Source of the DNA: a virus
Lineage: Duplodnaviria; Caudoviricetes
Length of the DNA: 62,494 nucleotides
Virus record (IMG/VR): IMGVR_UViG_3300009151_000076
Coordinates: 1-62,494 of that record
Strand: one strand, 5' to 3'
The notes below the pieces were generated by a model that saw only the letters and a list, made by a program, of their open reading frames with translations, ran no database searches and was not told the origin of the DNA. Each line of letters begins with the position of its first letter. Within the stretch, counting starts at the first letter, position 1. Shown here piece after piece: positions 6,513 through 14,522 of this stretch. Position numbers and translations under genes: made by a program.

Positions 6513-7686
6513 GACTCATGGCTGCTGAATTATACTCGTGCGTCTGAGATAAATTACTCTGGTATATGTAGTCAGTATCGAGCTCTTCTAGCTCGCCGTT
6601 AATCCACTTTTTAATCTCGCCGGCCATATCGGCCGCCGTTTGGACTGGTACATTCTGACATATATGATTGACGTTCTTCTTAGGATCTATAAGTTCAAAG
6701 TTATCAGGCAGTCCCATGATCGTCATGGCCTCTCTATAGTTTATGTATCTGTCTTCTATAGGATGTGTTAAACTCGTAGGGTAGTGACCTACAAAAGCTC
6801 CAATATAATCTTTAGGAACAATGGTCCCCCTCCTCATAATAGATAAACCTCTTGATAGCTTATCGGCTTTGTACTCGCACTTCTTAACTTGTTTTTCAAA
6901 TCCATTGATCTTCATCCACTCTGCCACTTCTAGATAGTTGATACCGCGCTTTTCAATATAGGCTTGCGTATCATTATCGTGTGTTCCCGAGGCTTTCATC
7001 AAAGCAGCAAACTCTCTATGAGTTAGACCACCGTGAATATGTTCAAGCACGTACTTATAATATGGATCTTGAGATGGTATTTTAGAGTTAATGGTCTCTC
7101 TCTGAGTATTACCTAGGGCACCTAAGATTACATCTTCGATCTTTTTATGTGGGCGATTGAAGTACGATAGCAGAGGTGTTTTATCGCCTTTCCAGAAGAA
7201 GTAAAAAGATCTATTACGCACCTGTGGACCACCATGAAGTATGGTCTTGGTACGATACACGGTCATGGTGTACCCATTTTCTTTCCCGATCTGTCGCAGC
7301 TGATTACGAACTTTATCACCGATCTTACCAGCAAATCCTGGAGCGTTCTCACCCCAAAGTACTTTGGGCTGCATCTCTTCGAGCACAAATTTTGTGGTAT
7401 CAATCATCCACTTGTTATTCTGATTGTCGTCGCCGTATCCGTGTGACAGCTGAGACAGCCCAGCACATGGACAAACGGATCCAATAACATCGACTTTATG
7501 ATCTGGTCTATGACCTTTGTCGAGGACATAGTATGGAACTTCATTGTTGTAGTGATTAACGATGTGCTGATCATTCTGCCAAAAAGCTTCATAGGACATC
7601 AGGTAGTCTGGTCTAGATCCAAAAGCTTGCTCTTGACCGATCGTCTCGCCTCCAATTAAAGGTACGATAGTTGCGTGTTTAATCAT
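6496..7686 (-). CDS. Atypical DNA cytosine-C5 methyltransferase-like protein
   Basis: Catalytic PC (CPCAGLS), motif VI ENAPG, motif VIII PQVRNR, motif IX REAMTIMGLPD and motif X QNVP. Motif I is divergent (VPLIGG instead of FxGxGG). Confidence 0.8.
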   Translation of the reverse strand: MIKHATIVPLIGGETIGQEQAFGSRPDYLMSYEAFWQNDQHIVNHYNNEVPYYVLDKGHRPDHKVDVIGSVCPCAGLSQLSHGYGDDNQNNKWMIDTTKFVLEEMQPKVLWGENAPGFAGKIGDKVRNQLRQIGKENGYTMTVYRTKTILHGGPQVRNRSFYFFWKGDKTPLLSYFNRPHKKIEDVILGALGNTQRETINSKIPSQDPYYKYVLEHIHGGLTHREFAALMKASGTHDNDTQAYIEKRGINYLEVAEWMKINGFEKQVKKCEYKADKLSRGLSIMRRGTIVPKDYIGAFVGHYPTSLTHPIEDRYINYREAMTIMGLPDNFELIDPKKNVNHICQNVPVQTAADMAGEIKKWINGELEELDTDYIYQSNLSQTHEYNSAAMSLESFF

Positions 7687-7695
7687 TTTATATCC

Positions 7696-9105
7696 TTAAA
7701 AGAACGTTGATAGATCTGGAATAGAAGCTTTAAAGTCGCTTGCTACTCTTGCGCGCGATCCCTCGCCTTTAAATACATTAACTGTCTCTAATTTTATTTC
7801 TGAAAATCCAAGTGGGATAGGGTGATCTTTAAGAATATTATCGGCGTATTTCGCCAACTCTCTATTATTATAGACATTATATAATACTTCAAGATCAGAG
7901 TCAAATTTATTATAGTCTTTACCGGCCTTTAATATACCGTCGAACATCGCCGGCAGTACGATCTTAGAATCAAACTCGGCGCTGACGAAGTTTAAACCGG
8001 CCTCTTGATACTGTTTCTGCTTGATGGGGTTACCGGCGATATCTAAGATAGTATCGACGGTCTCATCAAGATTTTCACGATCGCTCCAGACTGCTAGGTT
8101 GTCGACGGAGTCAAAGCTCTTACCATCGTCGGTAAAATTATTTCTTCCATAGTCAACGTCGAATACAGGTATGGTCCCAAGCCCAATCATCTCGATCTGC
8201 GTATACTCCATACGATCGCCGTAGTTATTTTTATCTTTTAGCAAGCGATAGAACGAGGCGCCGAACATAGACTCTGCCATGATACGCATACCTTCGTTAT
8301 ACTTGTAAGGACCCATCGTTACTGTTTTAGTAGGGTCTTGAAGAACTTTAGGTGGGTACACGCAGTACGTATAGAACTCACACAGAGGATGATCTAAGAT
8401 ATCTACTCGCGCACCTATCGACTTCTCAATTCCAATAATCAAAGTATCAAAGCTTGAGTCTTTCTGACGAAAGTGTGGTGTCATGTCAAGGATGCGACGC
8501 GGATCTTTCATGGTTGTCCAACGACCCATATAAGTTAGTCTCTTCTTCTTATCAGACTCATACTTCTCGCCGGTTTTCTGTAGCTCAGATATATCAGTCC
8601 ATAACTTAAATCGACGTGTACGCTCACCAAGAATTTTGCTCGGGAATAACTTAGAGAAACCGGTAGAGAAGAACGTTTTTGTAGAGAAGTTCATAACAAC
8701 ATCGCACCAGTTTAAGATCAAGAACAGTATAGGGATTCGATCTATATTGTTCTTGCTGATCTCGTGCATCATCCCGACTATGATAGGCTTATCAAGCTTC
8801 TTTACAAAATTATTATAGAAACTCATTATGGTATTAGACTCGTGCTTGATCGATGGGTACGAGTTTAATATTACTATATCATAGTTACTATTGATATGAT
8901 CGGCGTGATTTTTAAAATCTTGAGGTATCATTCCGATATAGTTACTCGTATCGCCATGAAACTTTGCACGATGAAATTTTCTCTCATCTACGTGATAAGA
9001 GTCACATACGTGGCCATTTTGTTTAGCCCAGTTTGTCATCTCAACGCCTCCGCGCTGAACGCCACACCCGTCTAGTCCTTTGCCGTAGATGATCGCTATC
9101 TTCAT
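7696..9105 (-). CDS. agt: T4 alpha-glucosyltransferase-like GT-B DNA glycosyltransferase
   Basis: MKIAIIYGKGLDGCGV resembles the T4 AGT N-terminus. Also HE, YMGRWTTMKD and MEYTQIEMIGLGTIPVF. Has a C-terminal extension. Confidence 0.8.
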   Translation of the reverse strand: MKIAIIYGKGLDGCGVQRGGVEMTNWAKQNGHVCDSYHVDERKFHRAKFHGDTSNYIGMIPQDFKNHADHINSNYDIVILNSYPSIKHESNTIMSFYNNFVKKLDKPIIVGMMHEISKNNIDRIPILFLILNWCDVVMNFSTKTFFSTGFSKLFPSKILGERTRRFKLWTDISELQKTGEKYESDKKKRLTYMGRWTTMKDPRRILDMTPHFRQKDSSFDTLIIGIEKSIGARVDILDHPLCEFYTYCVYPPKVLQDPTKTVTMGPYKYNEGMRIMAESMFGASFYRLLKDKNNYGDRMEYTQIEMIGLGTIPVFDVDYGRNNFTDDGKSFDSVDNLAVWSDRENLDETVDTILDIAGNPIKQKQYQEAGLNFVSAEFDSKIVLPAMFDGILKAGKDYNKFDSDLEVLYNVYNNRELAKYADNILKDHPIPLGFSEIKLETVNVFKGEGSRARVASDFKASIPDLSTFF

Positions 9106-9548
9106 TTCTTACCCTTTGCAACTCTATCACGTAGCTCGGTCGTCGAGAACGAGTGCCTACGCTTGTTGTAGTGTATAGGACACAGTCCCTTACCCGTATG
9201 ATCTTTACCCTCGTACTCCTCACCAACAACCCTTATGTCAGGGTTGATCGTAAGAACCAAGTCTACGATGTCTTGCTCTTTCTCGAATGGGATGATCTCA
9301 TCGACATATTTACACGCAGAGACTTGAAGATATCTTTCTATGACCGTCTGTATCGGTTTATTCTTTGAGTCAGGACGATCCACAGTAGGATCTACGAGCA
9401 ACCCAACGATGAGGTAGTCACACATCTCTTTTGCTTCTTGAAGCATAACGACGTGACCACTGTGAAATAAGTCAAAAGTACTACAAGTAAACCCGATGAT
9501 AGGCTTTCTTCCTAGTTTCTCTCTTAACTCAACTCGATCTAAAAACAT
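9102..9548 (-). CDS. Cytidylyltransferase (TagD / glycerol-3-phosphate cytidylyltransferase-like)
   Basis: FDLFHSGH (HxGH), YLIVGL, KYVDEII, RRHSFSTTELR. Confidence 0.88.
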   Translation of the reverse strand: MFLDRVELREKLGRKPIIGFTCSTFDLFHSGHVVMLQEAKEMCDYLIVGLLVDPTVDRPDSKNKPIQTVIERYLQVSACKYVDEIIPFEKEQDIVDLVLTINPDIRVVGEEYEGKDHTGKGLCPIHYNKRRHSFSTTELRDRVAKGKK

Positions 9549-10639
9549 GGCGATACATCTTCTCTAAACAACTTGTCAATTATATCACGTACTAAATCTT
9601 TTTCAAACTTATTCTTTTTATACTTCAGCATGCGGATATAGTGAATCATCTCACATAGCTTACCATATATGATCTCATCTAAAGTTAGTAGGCTCTCGAA
9701 CTCTTCCAGTAACTTAGGTTTATTTATGCGTGATTTAGAATTTCCAAACACGCTCTCATAATCAAAGTGAAGTGACTGATATACTTTACCGATATCAAGT
9801 AGATATGACGTATAGAGACCTGCCGGTGTGTTAGGATCAATGAAGTAAACTTCGCCGTATCTATTTACTATTGCGTTCTCAAAAGTCATATCCCCATGAC
9901 AGAAGCTAGCAGATTTTGTCATGTACTCGGATACAAAATCACTTGTTATGATCTTAAGTATCTCTTGCTCGTGCGGTATGGCGTTAATAGAAAGGTGAGT
10001 TTTAATCCTATCCACCATCGTGTTCCAATCACTGCTGATTGCCGGTAGATCGCCTATCAAATTTATAGTCTCCTTAACAGTGATAAGGTCGTCTCCGGTA
10101 CAGCAATTATTGAGAGACATGCCTTCGATGTACTCCATATCCAGCGTATCGTTATAGTTAGACATGACTCTAGGTACGCGGATATTGGGTTGTTTATTTG
10201 CTATTGTCTTATACCAAAGGGCTTGCTCGCGAGCATTCGGTGCGTTCTTGATAACACGGTTATTAAAGATCTCGATCTCTGCACCGGACCCTCCGATGAT
10301 GCGCTCGAACCTAGCGCTTGAAAACTCATCAGGACGCATGGCTTTGTCGTCGATGTACGCGAGCGCAAGTGGCTTACCAAACAAAAGCTCGTGATACTTT
10401 ACGTTGTTCTTCTTAAGCCAAATACGAAGTGCTGGACCCCTCGAAGCCTCTGCAAGCGCAGGATCGTTGTCGCACGAGAGCATACCTCTGGCCGTGTGTA
10501 AGATTATCTTCCACCCAGAGTCATACATCTCGTTTATCTTTGCGATAACGTCCGTGTGCGGTATCGCGTTTGCATAGTCGCGATCTATGTGTGTCGAGAT
10601 CGTGTCGTCGACATCCACCACTATAGACTTCTCAAACAT
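9539..10639 (-). CDS. HAD-family (capsule-biosynthesis type) phosphatase fused to an APH/choline-kinase-like phosphotransferase
   Basis: N-terminal DVDDT, HTARG, FGKP..YIDDKA. C-terminal MEYIEG, HGDMTFEN and FIDP. Confidence 0.8.
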   Translation of the reverse strand: MFEKSIVVDVDDTISTHIDRDYANAIPHTDVIAKINEMYDSGWKIILHTARGMLSCDNDPALAEASRGPALRIWLKKNNVKYHELLFGKPLALAYIDDKAMRPDEFSSARFERIIGGSGAEIEIFNNRVIKNAPNAREQALWYKTIANKQPNIRVPRVMSNYNDTLDMEYIEGMSLNNCCTGDDLITVKETINLIGDLPAISSDWNTMVDRIKTHLSINAIPHEQEILKIITSDFVSEYMTKSASFCHGDMTFENAIVNRYGEVYFIDPNTPAGLYTSYLLDIGKVYQSLHFDYESVFGNSKSRINKPKLLEEFESLLTLDEIIYGKLCEMIHYIRMLKYKKNKFEKDLVRDIIDKLFREDVSPCF

Positions 10640-10994
10640 TCAAATATTCCTCACATAACAAAAGCATCTCATCTTCATAGGCTTTATCGTTTAGCTTTCT
10701 ATTTAGCCCAGAAGGGTGTGGAAGTATAAAGTGCTCGACATTTATTTTTTCTAAAGCTTTAGACACAAAGTTACCGAGTGCTATTACTTTCTCATGCCCA
10801 ACGGTACAAGCGGCCAAGATATCATAGTCGATATCTTTGTGTGAGTACTTACCCTGATTTGGTATGCAGTTTGTAAATGCAAAGATATCTAACCCAAGCC
10901 GATCTGCCCACGCTGGAAGTCTCCTCCAGGTGGTGCTTCGATCAGCTTTAAGATTTGATGGATTAATCCCTACTATCAAGACGCGCTGAGACAC
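10632..10994 (-). CDS. Minimal uracil-DNA glycosylase superfamily protein
   Basis: LIVGINPS, FTN, VIALG and LPHPSGLN motifs. Probable GTG start at 10994; the longer ORF-track start would overlap the deaminase extensively. Confidence 0.7.
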   Translation of the reverse strand: MSQRVLIVGINPSNLKADRSTTWRRLPAWADRLGLDIFAFTNCIPNQGKYSHKDIDYDILAACTVGHEKVIALGNFVSKALEKINVEHFILPHPSGLNRKLNDKAYEDEMLLLCEEYLNV

Positions 10995-11469
10995 CTGCTT
11001 CTTGGAAGATAGCCGAGGTAACTTTAAACGAGTCTCTCCACTTGTCGTTGATCTCTTCTGGGCAGCACATGAAGACTCGCTTGATGCCGACTTGGACAAC
11101 ACCTTTGGCGCACTCCGAGCAGACTGGTAGTCCATAGACGTAGAGGTCAGCATCTTTTAAACTCACTCCATTGAGCGTTGCATTGTATATACAGTTCATC
11201 TCTGCGTGAACTACAAACTTATACTTCTCTTCACGATTGATAAGACGCTCATATGAGTCCTTAATACCGCGAGGGAAACCGTTGTATCCCTGCGAAAGGA
11301 TCTGGCCATCGCGACCTACAGCCACAGCTCCGACTTTGGTGCTTGGGTCTTTAGACCAACTAGCAATGTGCTTAGCTAGATCTAGATACTTGTTCATCCA
11401 GCTCTCAGAAAAGCTGTCTGGCTTACGAGGAAGCCACGTATCAGAGAACGAGGTCAAAGTGTCGCTCAT
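10963..11469 (-). CDS. cd: dCMP deaminase
   Basis: SKDPSTKVGA, GYNGFPRG, HAEMN and PVCSEC zinc-binding motifs. Confidence 0.93.
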   Translation of the reverse strand: MSDTLTSFSDTWLPRKPDSFSESWMNKYLDLAKHIASWSKDPSTKVGAVAVGRDGQILSQGYNGFPRGIKDSYERLINREEKYKFVVHAEMNCIYNATLNGVSLKDADLYVYGLPVCSECAKGVVQVGIKRVFMCCPEEINDKWRDSFKVTSAIFQEAGVSARLDSRD

Positions 11470-12103
11470 ATACGTGAAGGGATCCGACGTTCCAGTGAAT
11501 ATCTCCCATGTCTAATCCTAGATCGCTCGACAGTTCGTTCAATACATTCTCTTGCCAAGCGAAGTCGTTCTTATAGCCATACACGACGTCGTTTGATCTC
11601 ATCTGAACGACGGCGTCAAGCTTGTTATTGCGAATAAGATACTGCACAGAGTTAGTGCACATGAAGTCTGACCTGCCATTGAGGTTATAGTCATACTGCA
11701 TAGAAGGTCGCGTATATATCATTATAGCTCGACGCGAGAACGGATTGTTCTTTAACTCATTTAAACAGCTTGAGTATTGATAGCCGTTATCTTTACTGTA
11801 TATACACCAGCCATAGTTCGAGTTAACATAGCCATCGGAGTCTGCAACTTGCTTCCAGATAGCCGGCGGTCCGCCTCGGATATCATTTACATTCAAAGAC
11901 TGTAGCTTATACCACTCGATCTCGCGCATCACGTAGTCATAGTTGACGGTGCCAAAGATCGCGGGCTTATCTGCAATGAACGACGCGTTGATGATCTCGA
12001 GCATCTTAACGCCTGTCTTATCGATGACGTACATCTCACGCTCTTTAAGAAGTTTAAATGACTCACGAACATTATCGATATCATTACGGGTGTGTAGCAT
12101 CAC
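11441..12103 (-). CDS. gp42: dCMP hydroxymethylase (T4 gp42-like, thymidylate synthase fold)
   Basis: DKTGVK, NSNYGW, SRRAIMIYTRPSMQ, DFMCTN, MRSNDVVYGYKNDFAW and GSLHVY closely follow T4 gp42. Asp at the dCMP-specificity position. Confidence 0.9.
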   Translation of the reverse strand: MMLHTRNDIDNVRESFKLLKEREMYVIDKTGVKMLEIINASFIADKPAIFGTVNYDYVMREIEWYKLQSLNVNDIRGGPPAIWKQVADSDGYVNSNYGWCIYSKDNGYQYSSCLNELKNNPFSRRAIMIYTRPSMQYDYNLNGRSDFMCTNSVQYLIRNNKLDAVVQMRSNDVVYGYKNDFAWQENVLNELSSDLGLDMGDIHWNVGSLHVYERHFDLVL

Positions 12104-12438
12104 TTGATCTTTCTATTTAAGAAGTCACGATCGGGCTGCTGACCATCAACTTTGCCGCGCGAGTATGCGACATAGAACGAAGAGTAGTTTATGAGGTCTT
12201 TGGCCGAGTCTTCAAGCGACTCATAGTTAGGTTTGTACGTTGGATCGTTCTGCATGGCCTCCATGACTGAACGCATGCGAAGCAACTTTGCGTGCATGAT
12301 CTCGAGGATGGTCAAGCACCCCGTTGGGTAGTAGTCGGCCTGTCGTATGGTTGAGTTTGGGTTCTGATAATCTCGAGACTTCTTACTTTGAAGATCAATG
12401 CACTCTTGAAGCACTTTAATTGACTCACGATCTGTCAT
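12100..12438 (-). CDS. Nucleotide-modification-associated domain 1 (DUF1599/Nmad1-like) protein
   Basis: K..DY..K..R..ESLEDSAKDLINY pattern; GGAG RBS before ATG at 12438. Confidence 0.7.
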   Translation of the reverse strand: MTDRESIKVLQECIDLQSKKSRDYQNPNSTIRQADYYPTGCLTILEIMHAKLLRMRSVMEAMQNDPTYKPNYESLEDSAKDLINYSSFYVAYSRGKVDGQQPDRDFLNRKIK

Positions 12439-12982
12439 ACTGCTCTCCAGCTTGTTTCCAATAGTCTTCGATAACTGCTTTTTCATGTACCACCTTTAAT
12501 TGTTTTAATATATCGTATTGTTGTACTATTGTCAAGGCGCTATAAAGCTCAATTATCTCGTACTCATCACCATCTTTACCGGCAGACGCCTCTTTCCACC
12601 CAAATCGATATCCGCATAACTTTTCTGTCTCACTGTGGATCTTATTTTCAAGCTCCGTCTCGTTCCCTGGCTCTACGAGTAGAAGTCGAACAAACACGTC
12701 ATTTGGCGCAATGTTGTTCTGTCGAATATACTTACAGACGTTGTGGCCACCGCCGCGAATAGAATAAGTACGAGAGTGGATACTCTTGCTCTTACCGGTA
12801 TACCCGATCAGTGGATGGATGATAGAGTCACCTATCTCGACGATGTCTTTGTTGAGTGCTATCTGATATATCCCGACCTCTCCCTCTCCCTCGACGCGTT
12901 CGTTATATAGTCTTGTTTTTGTAGATGGGATAGAAACTACAGGGCGCCAATCGGTTTTAATTGTAATCAAGTTATCTATCAT
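12425..12982 (-). CDS. GIY-YIG nuclease (possible endonuclease II/DenA analogue)
   Basis: GIYQ..IGYTGKS..R..LE..H pattern; adjacent to the DenB-like gene. Confidence 0.55.
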   Translation of the reverse strand: MIDNLITIKTDWRPVVSIPSTKTRLYNERVEGEGEVGIYQIALNKDIVEIGDSIIHPLIGYTGKSKSIHSRTYSIRGGGHNVCKYIRQNNIAPNDVFVRLLLVEPGNETELENKIHSETEKLCGYRFGWKEASAGKDGDEYEIIELYSALTIVQQYDILKQLKVVHEKAVIEDYWKQAGEQYDRS

Positions 12983-13539
12983 ACGGCCTCACGATAAAAA
13001 GCGTGGCCGTCGATTGCGGCCGATTTGTGGTTATAATAAAAATCTTTGCTAAAGCCAGACATGGTGCAGTAGCGCCTAAAGTTCTTGGCCTCACACACCA
13101 AGAAAAATAGAACGTTATACGCCGAGTCTGTCTGGTGTAATTTACCGGATATAAAGTAGTCTATAATATCTTTGTTCTTTAGCATCGTCTCGATGCTCGG
13201 TGGCTTGAATGTAAAGTACTTCTTTGACCATCGCTTACACTCAAAAGTCTTTCCATTCTCTGGATCAAACACGTCGTACGCATATGAGAATCGATCTGTA
13301 TGATCGAACTCGAGAGGGTTCATCTGCATTCCCGTTACTTGTGCGAGTGCGTACTCAAGGACCATCTGCTCTACGCTGTGAAACACGTTCTCATAGCTTC
13401 TTCCGTTATAGTTCCTGAAAGGACAGTTGTATATCGACTCGGCTATAGAATTGAAGCGATCCATAAGCTCCGATGTTTTCTCTATCTTTATAGGCTTAGG
13501 TGTAAGAATAACATCGGCGTAGTCTTTTAAAGTTTTCAT
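12979..13539 (-). CDS. denB: Endonuclease IV (DenB)-like PD-(D/E)xK nuclease
   Basis: LEYALA..N..D..DRFSYAYDV..ECK parallels the T4 DenB segment AEFFVA..N..D..DPYTYAWDV..EVK (recalled from memory). Similar length. Confidence 0.6.
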   Translation of the reverse strand: MKTLKDYADVILTPKPIKIEKTSELMDRFNSIAESIYNCPFRNYNGRSYENVFHSVEQMVLEYALAQVTGMQMNPLEFDHTDRFSYAYDVFDPENGKTFECKRWSKKYFTFKPPSIETMLKNKDIIDYFISGKLHQTDSAYNVLFFLVCEAKNFRRYCTMSGFSKDFYYNHKSAAIDGHAFYREAV

Positions 13540-13940
13540 TCTTTATATACTCTGCCAAAAAGCCCTACGTTATTATTGTGAGATGGCGCCTCCCACCCTT
13601 CAGGCTTGATTAAGTCAGGAAGTCCAAGTGGGTTAGGGCGTGACTGCTTGACACCAACTTTCTTACTCATGTTAGCCTTAAGCACTTTATCCCAAGCCAT
13701 CTCGATGTCGACGTCCATTGCGTCGAGGGTGCCGATGGCGACTACGCAGAGATCGATCAGCGCGTCGACAGCCTCATCGGCCGTGTCGGCCTCAAGAAGC
13801 TCAGTCATCTCTTCTTCAAGAAACTTATAACGAAACTCAAGCAGCTTTGCCAGCATGTCATCGTCAAAAGTTTCAACTACCTTATGCACTCCATAGTGCT
13901 TGTGCATCTTATAGATATCGTCTACCCAATCTTTACTCAT
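13536..13940 (-). CDS. MazG-like / all-alpha NTP pyrophosphatase (candidate dCTPase/dUTPase)
   Basis: EEMTELLEA..DALIDL..ANMSK..LIKPEGW. Probable start MSKDW at 13940. Confidence 0.8.
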   Translation of the reverse strand: MSKDWVDDIYKMHKHYGVHKVVETFDDDMLAKLLEFRYKFLEEEMTELLEADTADEAVDALIDLCVVAIGTLDAMDVDIEMAWDKVLKANMSKKVGVKQSRPNPLGLPDLIKPEGWEAPSHNNNVGLFGRVYKE

Positions 13941-14466
13941 GTATCCACTCCGGCGCTTCGCGCTTTTTCCAACTGTGAAGGTTTGCTTTTCCAACTTTAT
14001 AGTAATTTCTATAGTTTATTATGGGGTCTTGACTGATGATATACTTGTCGTCCATACACGACGGCATCTCTGTCCACTCCCAATCTTTTAGATTGAACGG
14101 TGGTGCTTGAAGATCAATTGCGAGCATAGTACAGGCGTGCTTCTTCTCATATCGATACGTGTACTCGTCTAACAAAGCAAACAAGTGATCCGATAGCCAG
14201 GTATAGTTCTCTACGGATTGACGACACCATACTGCAGACGGATGATTAATGTGAGTTGCTTTGTACATCACGTCCTCACGACTGTCAACCAGCATCCAGC
14301 GCTTAATACGCCTTCCGCTTGTTACGTCGATATACTCTACGCCATCAAGTACTCGATGCGCGGTGGACAACAGCTGTGCGGACTCGAGGATCATCTTAAC
14401 GACGTGCTTATCGACCATTGACTGTGCTGCGGTGATTGGATTTTTATCGACATAAAAGATATTAAT
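13933..14466 (-). CDS. Pyrimidine-dimer DNA glycosylase (endonuclease V)-like family protein, apparent ATT start
   Basis: (M)NIFYVD..P..A..DKHVVKMILESAQLLSTAH, THINHPS..W, YRNYY. AGGAGG lies 5 nt before ATT at 14466. Confidence 0.78.
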   Translation of the reverse strand: MNIFYVDKNPITAAQSMVDKHVVKMILESAQLLSTAHRVLDGVEYIDVTSGRRIKRWMLVDSREDVMYKATHINHPSAVWCRQSVENYTWLSDHLFALLDEYTYRYEKKHACTMLAIDLQAPPFNLKDWEWTEMPSCMDDKYIISQDPIINYRNYYKVGKANLHSWKKREAPEWIHE

Positions 14467-14490
14467 GGTAGCCTCCTATGATATTTAAAC

Positions 14491-14520
14491 ATGGTACCAT
14501 ATGATATAATCTATGTAAAC
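14491..14520 (-). promoter_or_regulatory. Early promoter GTTTACA-N17-TACCAT with extended TG
   Basis: T4-early-like -35 (GTTTAC) and 17-nt spacer; heads the modification island. Confidence 0.6.
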
Positions 14521-14522
14521 TA

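Noticed and set aside
10995-11153. N-terminal 53 aa of the 173-aa ORF in the track
   Set aside because: It overlaps the dCMP deaminase out of frame and is low-complexity. UDG similarity begins at the GTG at 10994.
11441-12103. Ordinary thymidylate synthase or dUMP hydroxymethylase
   Set aside because: The motifs follow T4 gp42, and the KNDFAW Asp indicates dCMP specificity.
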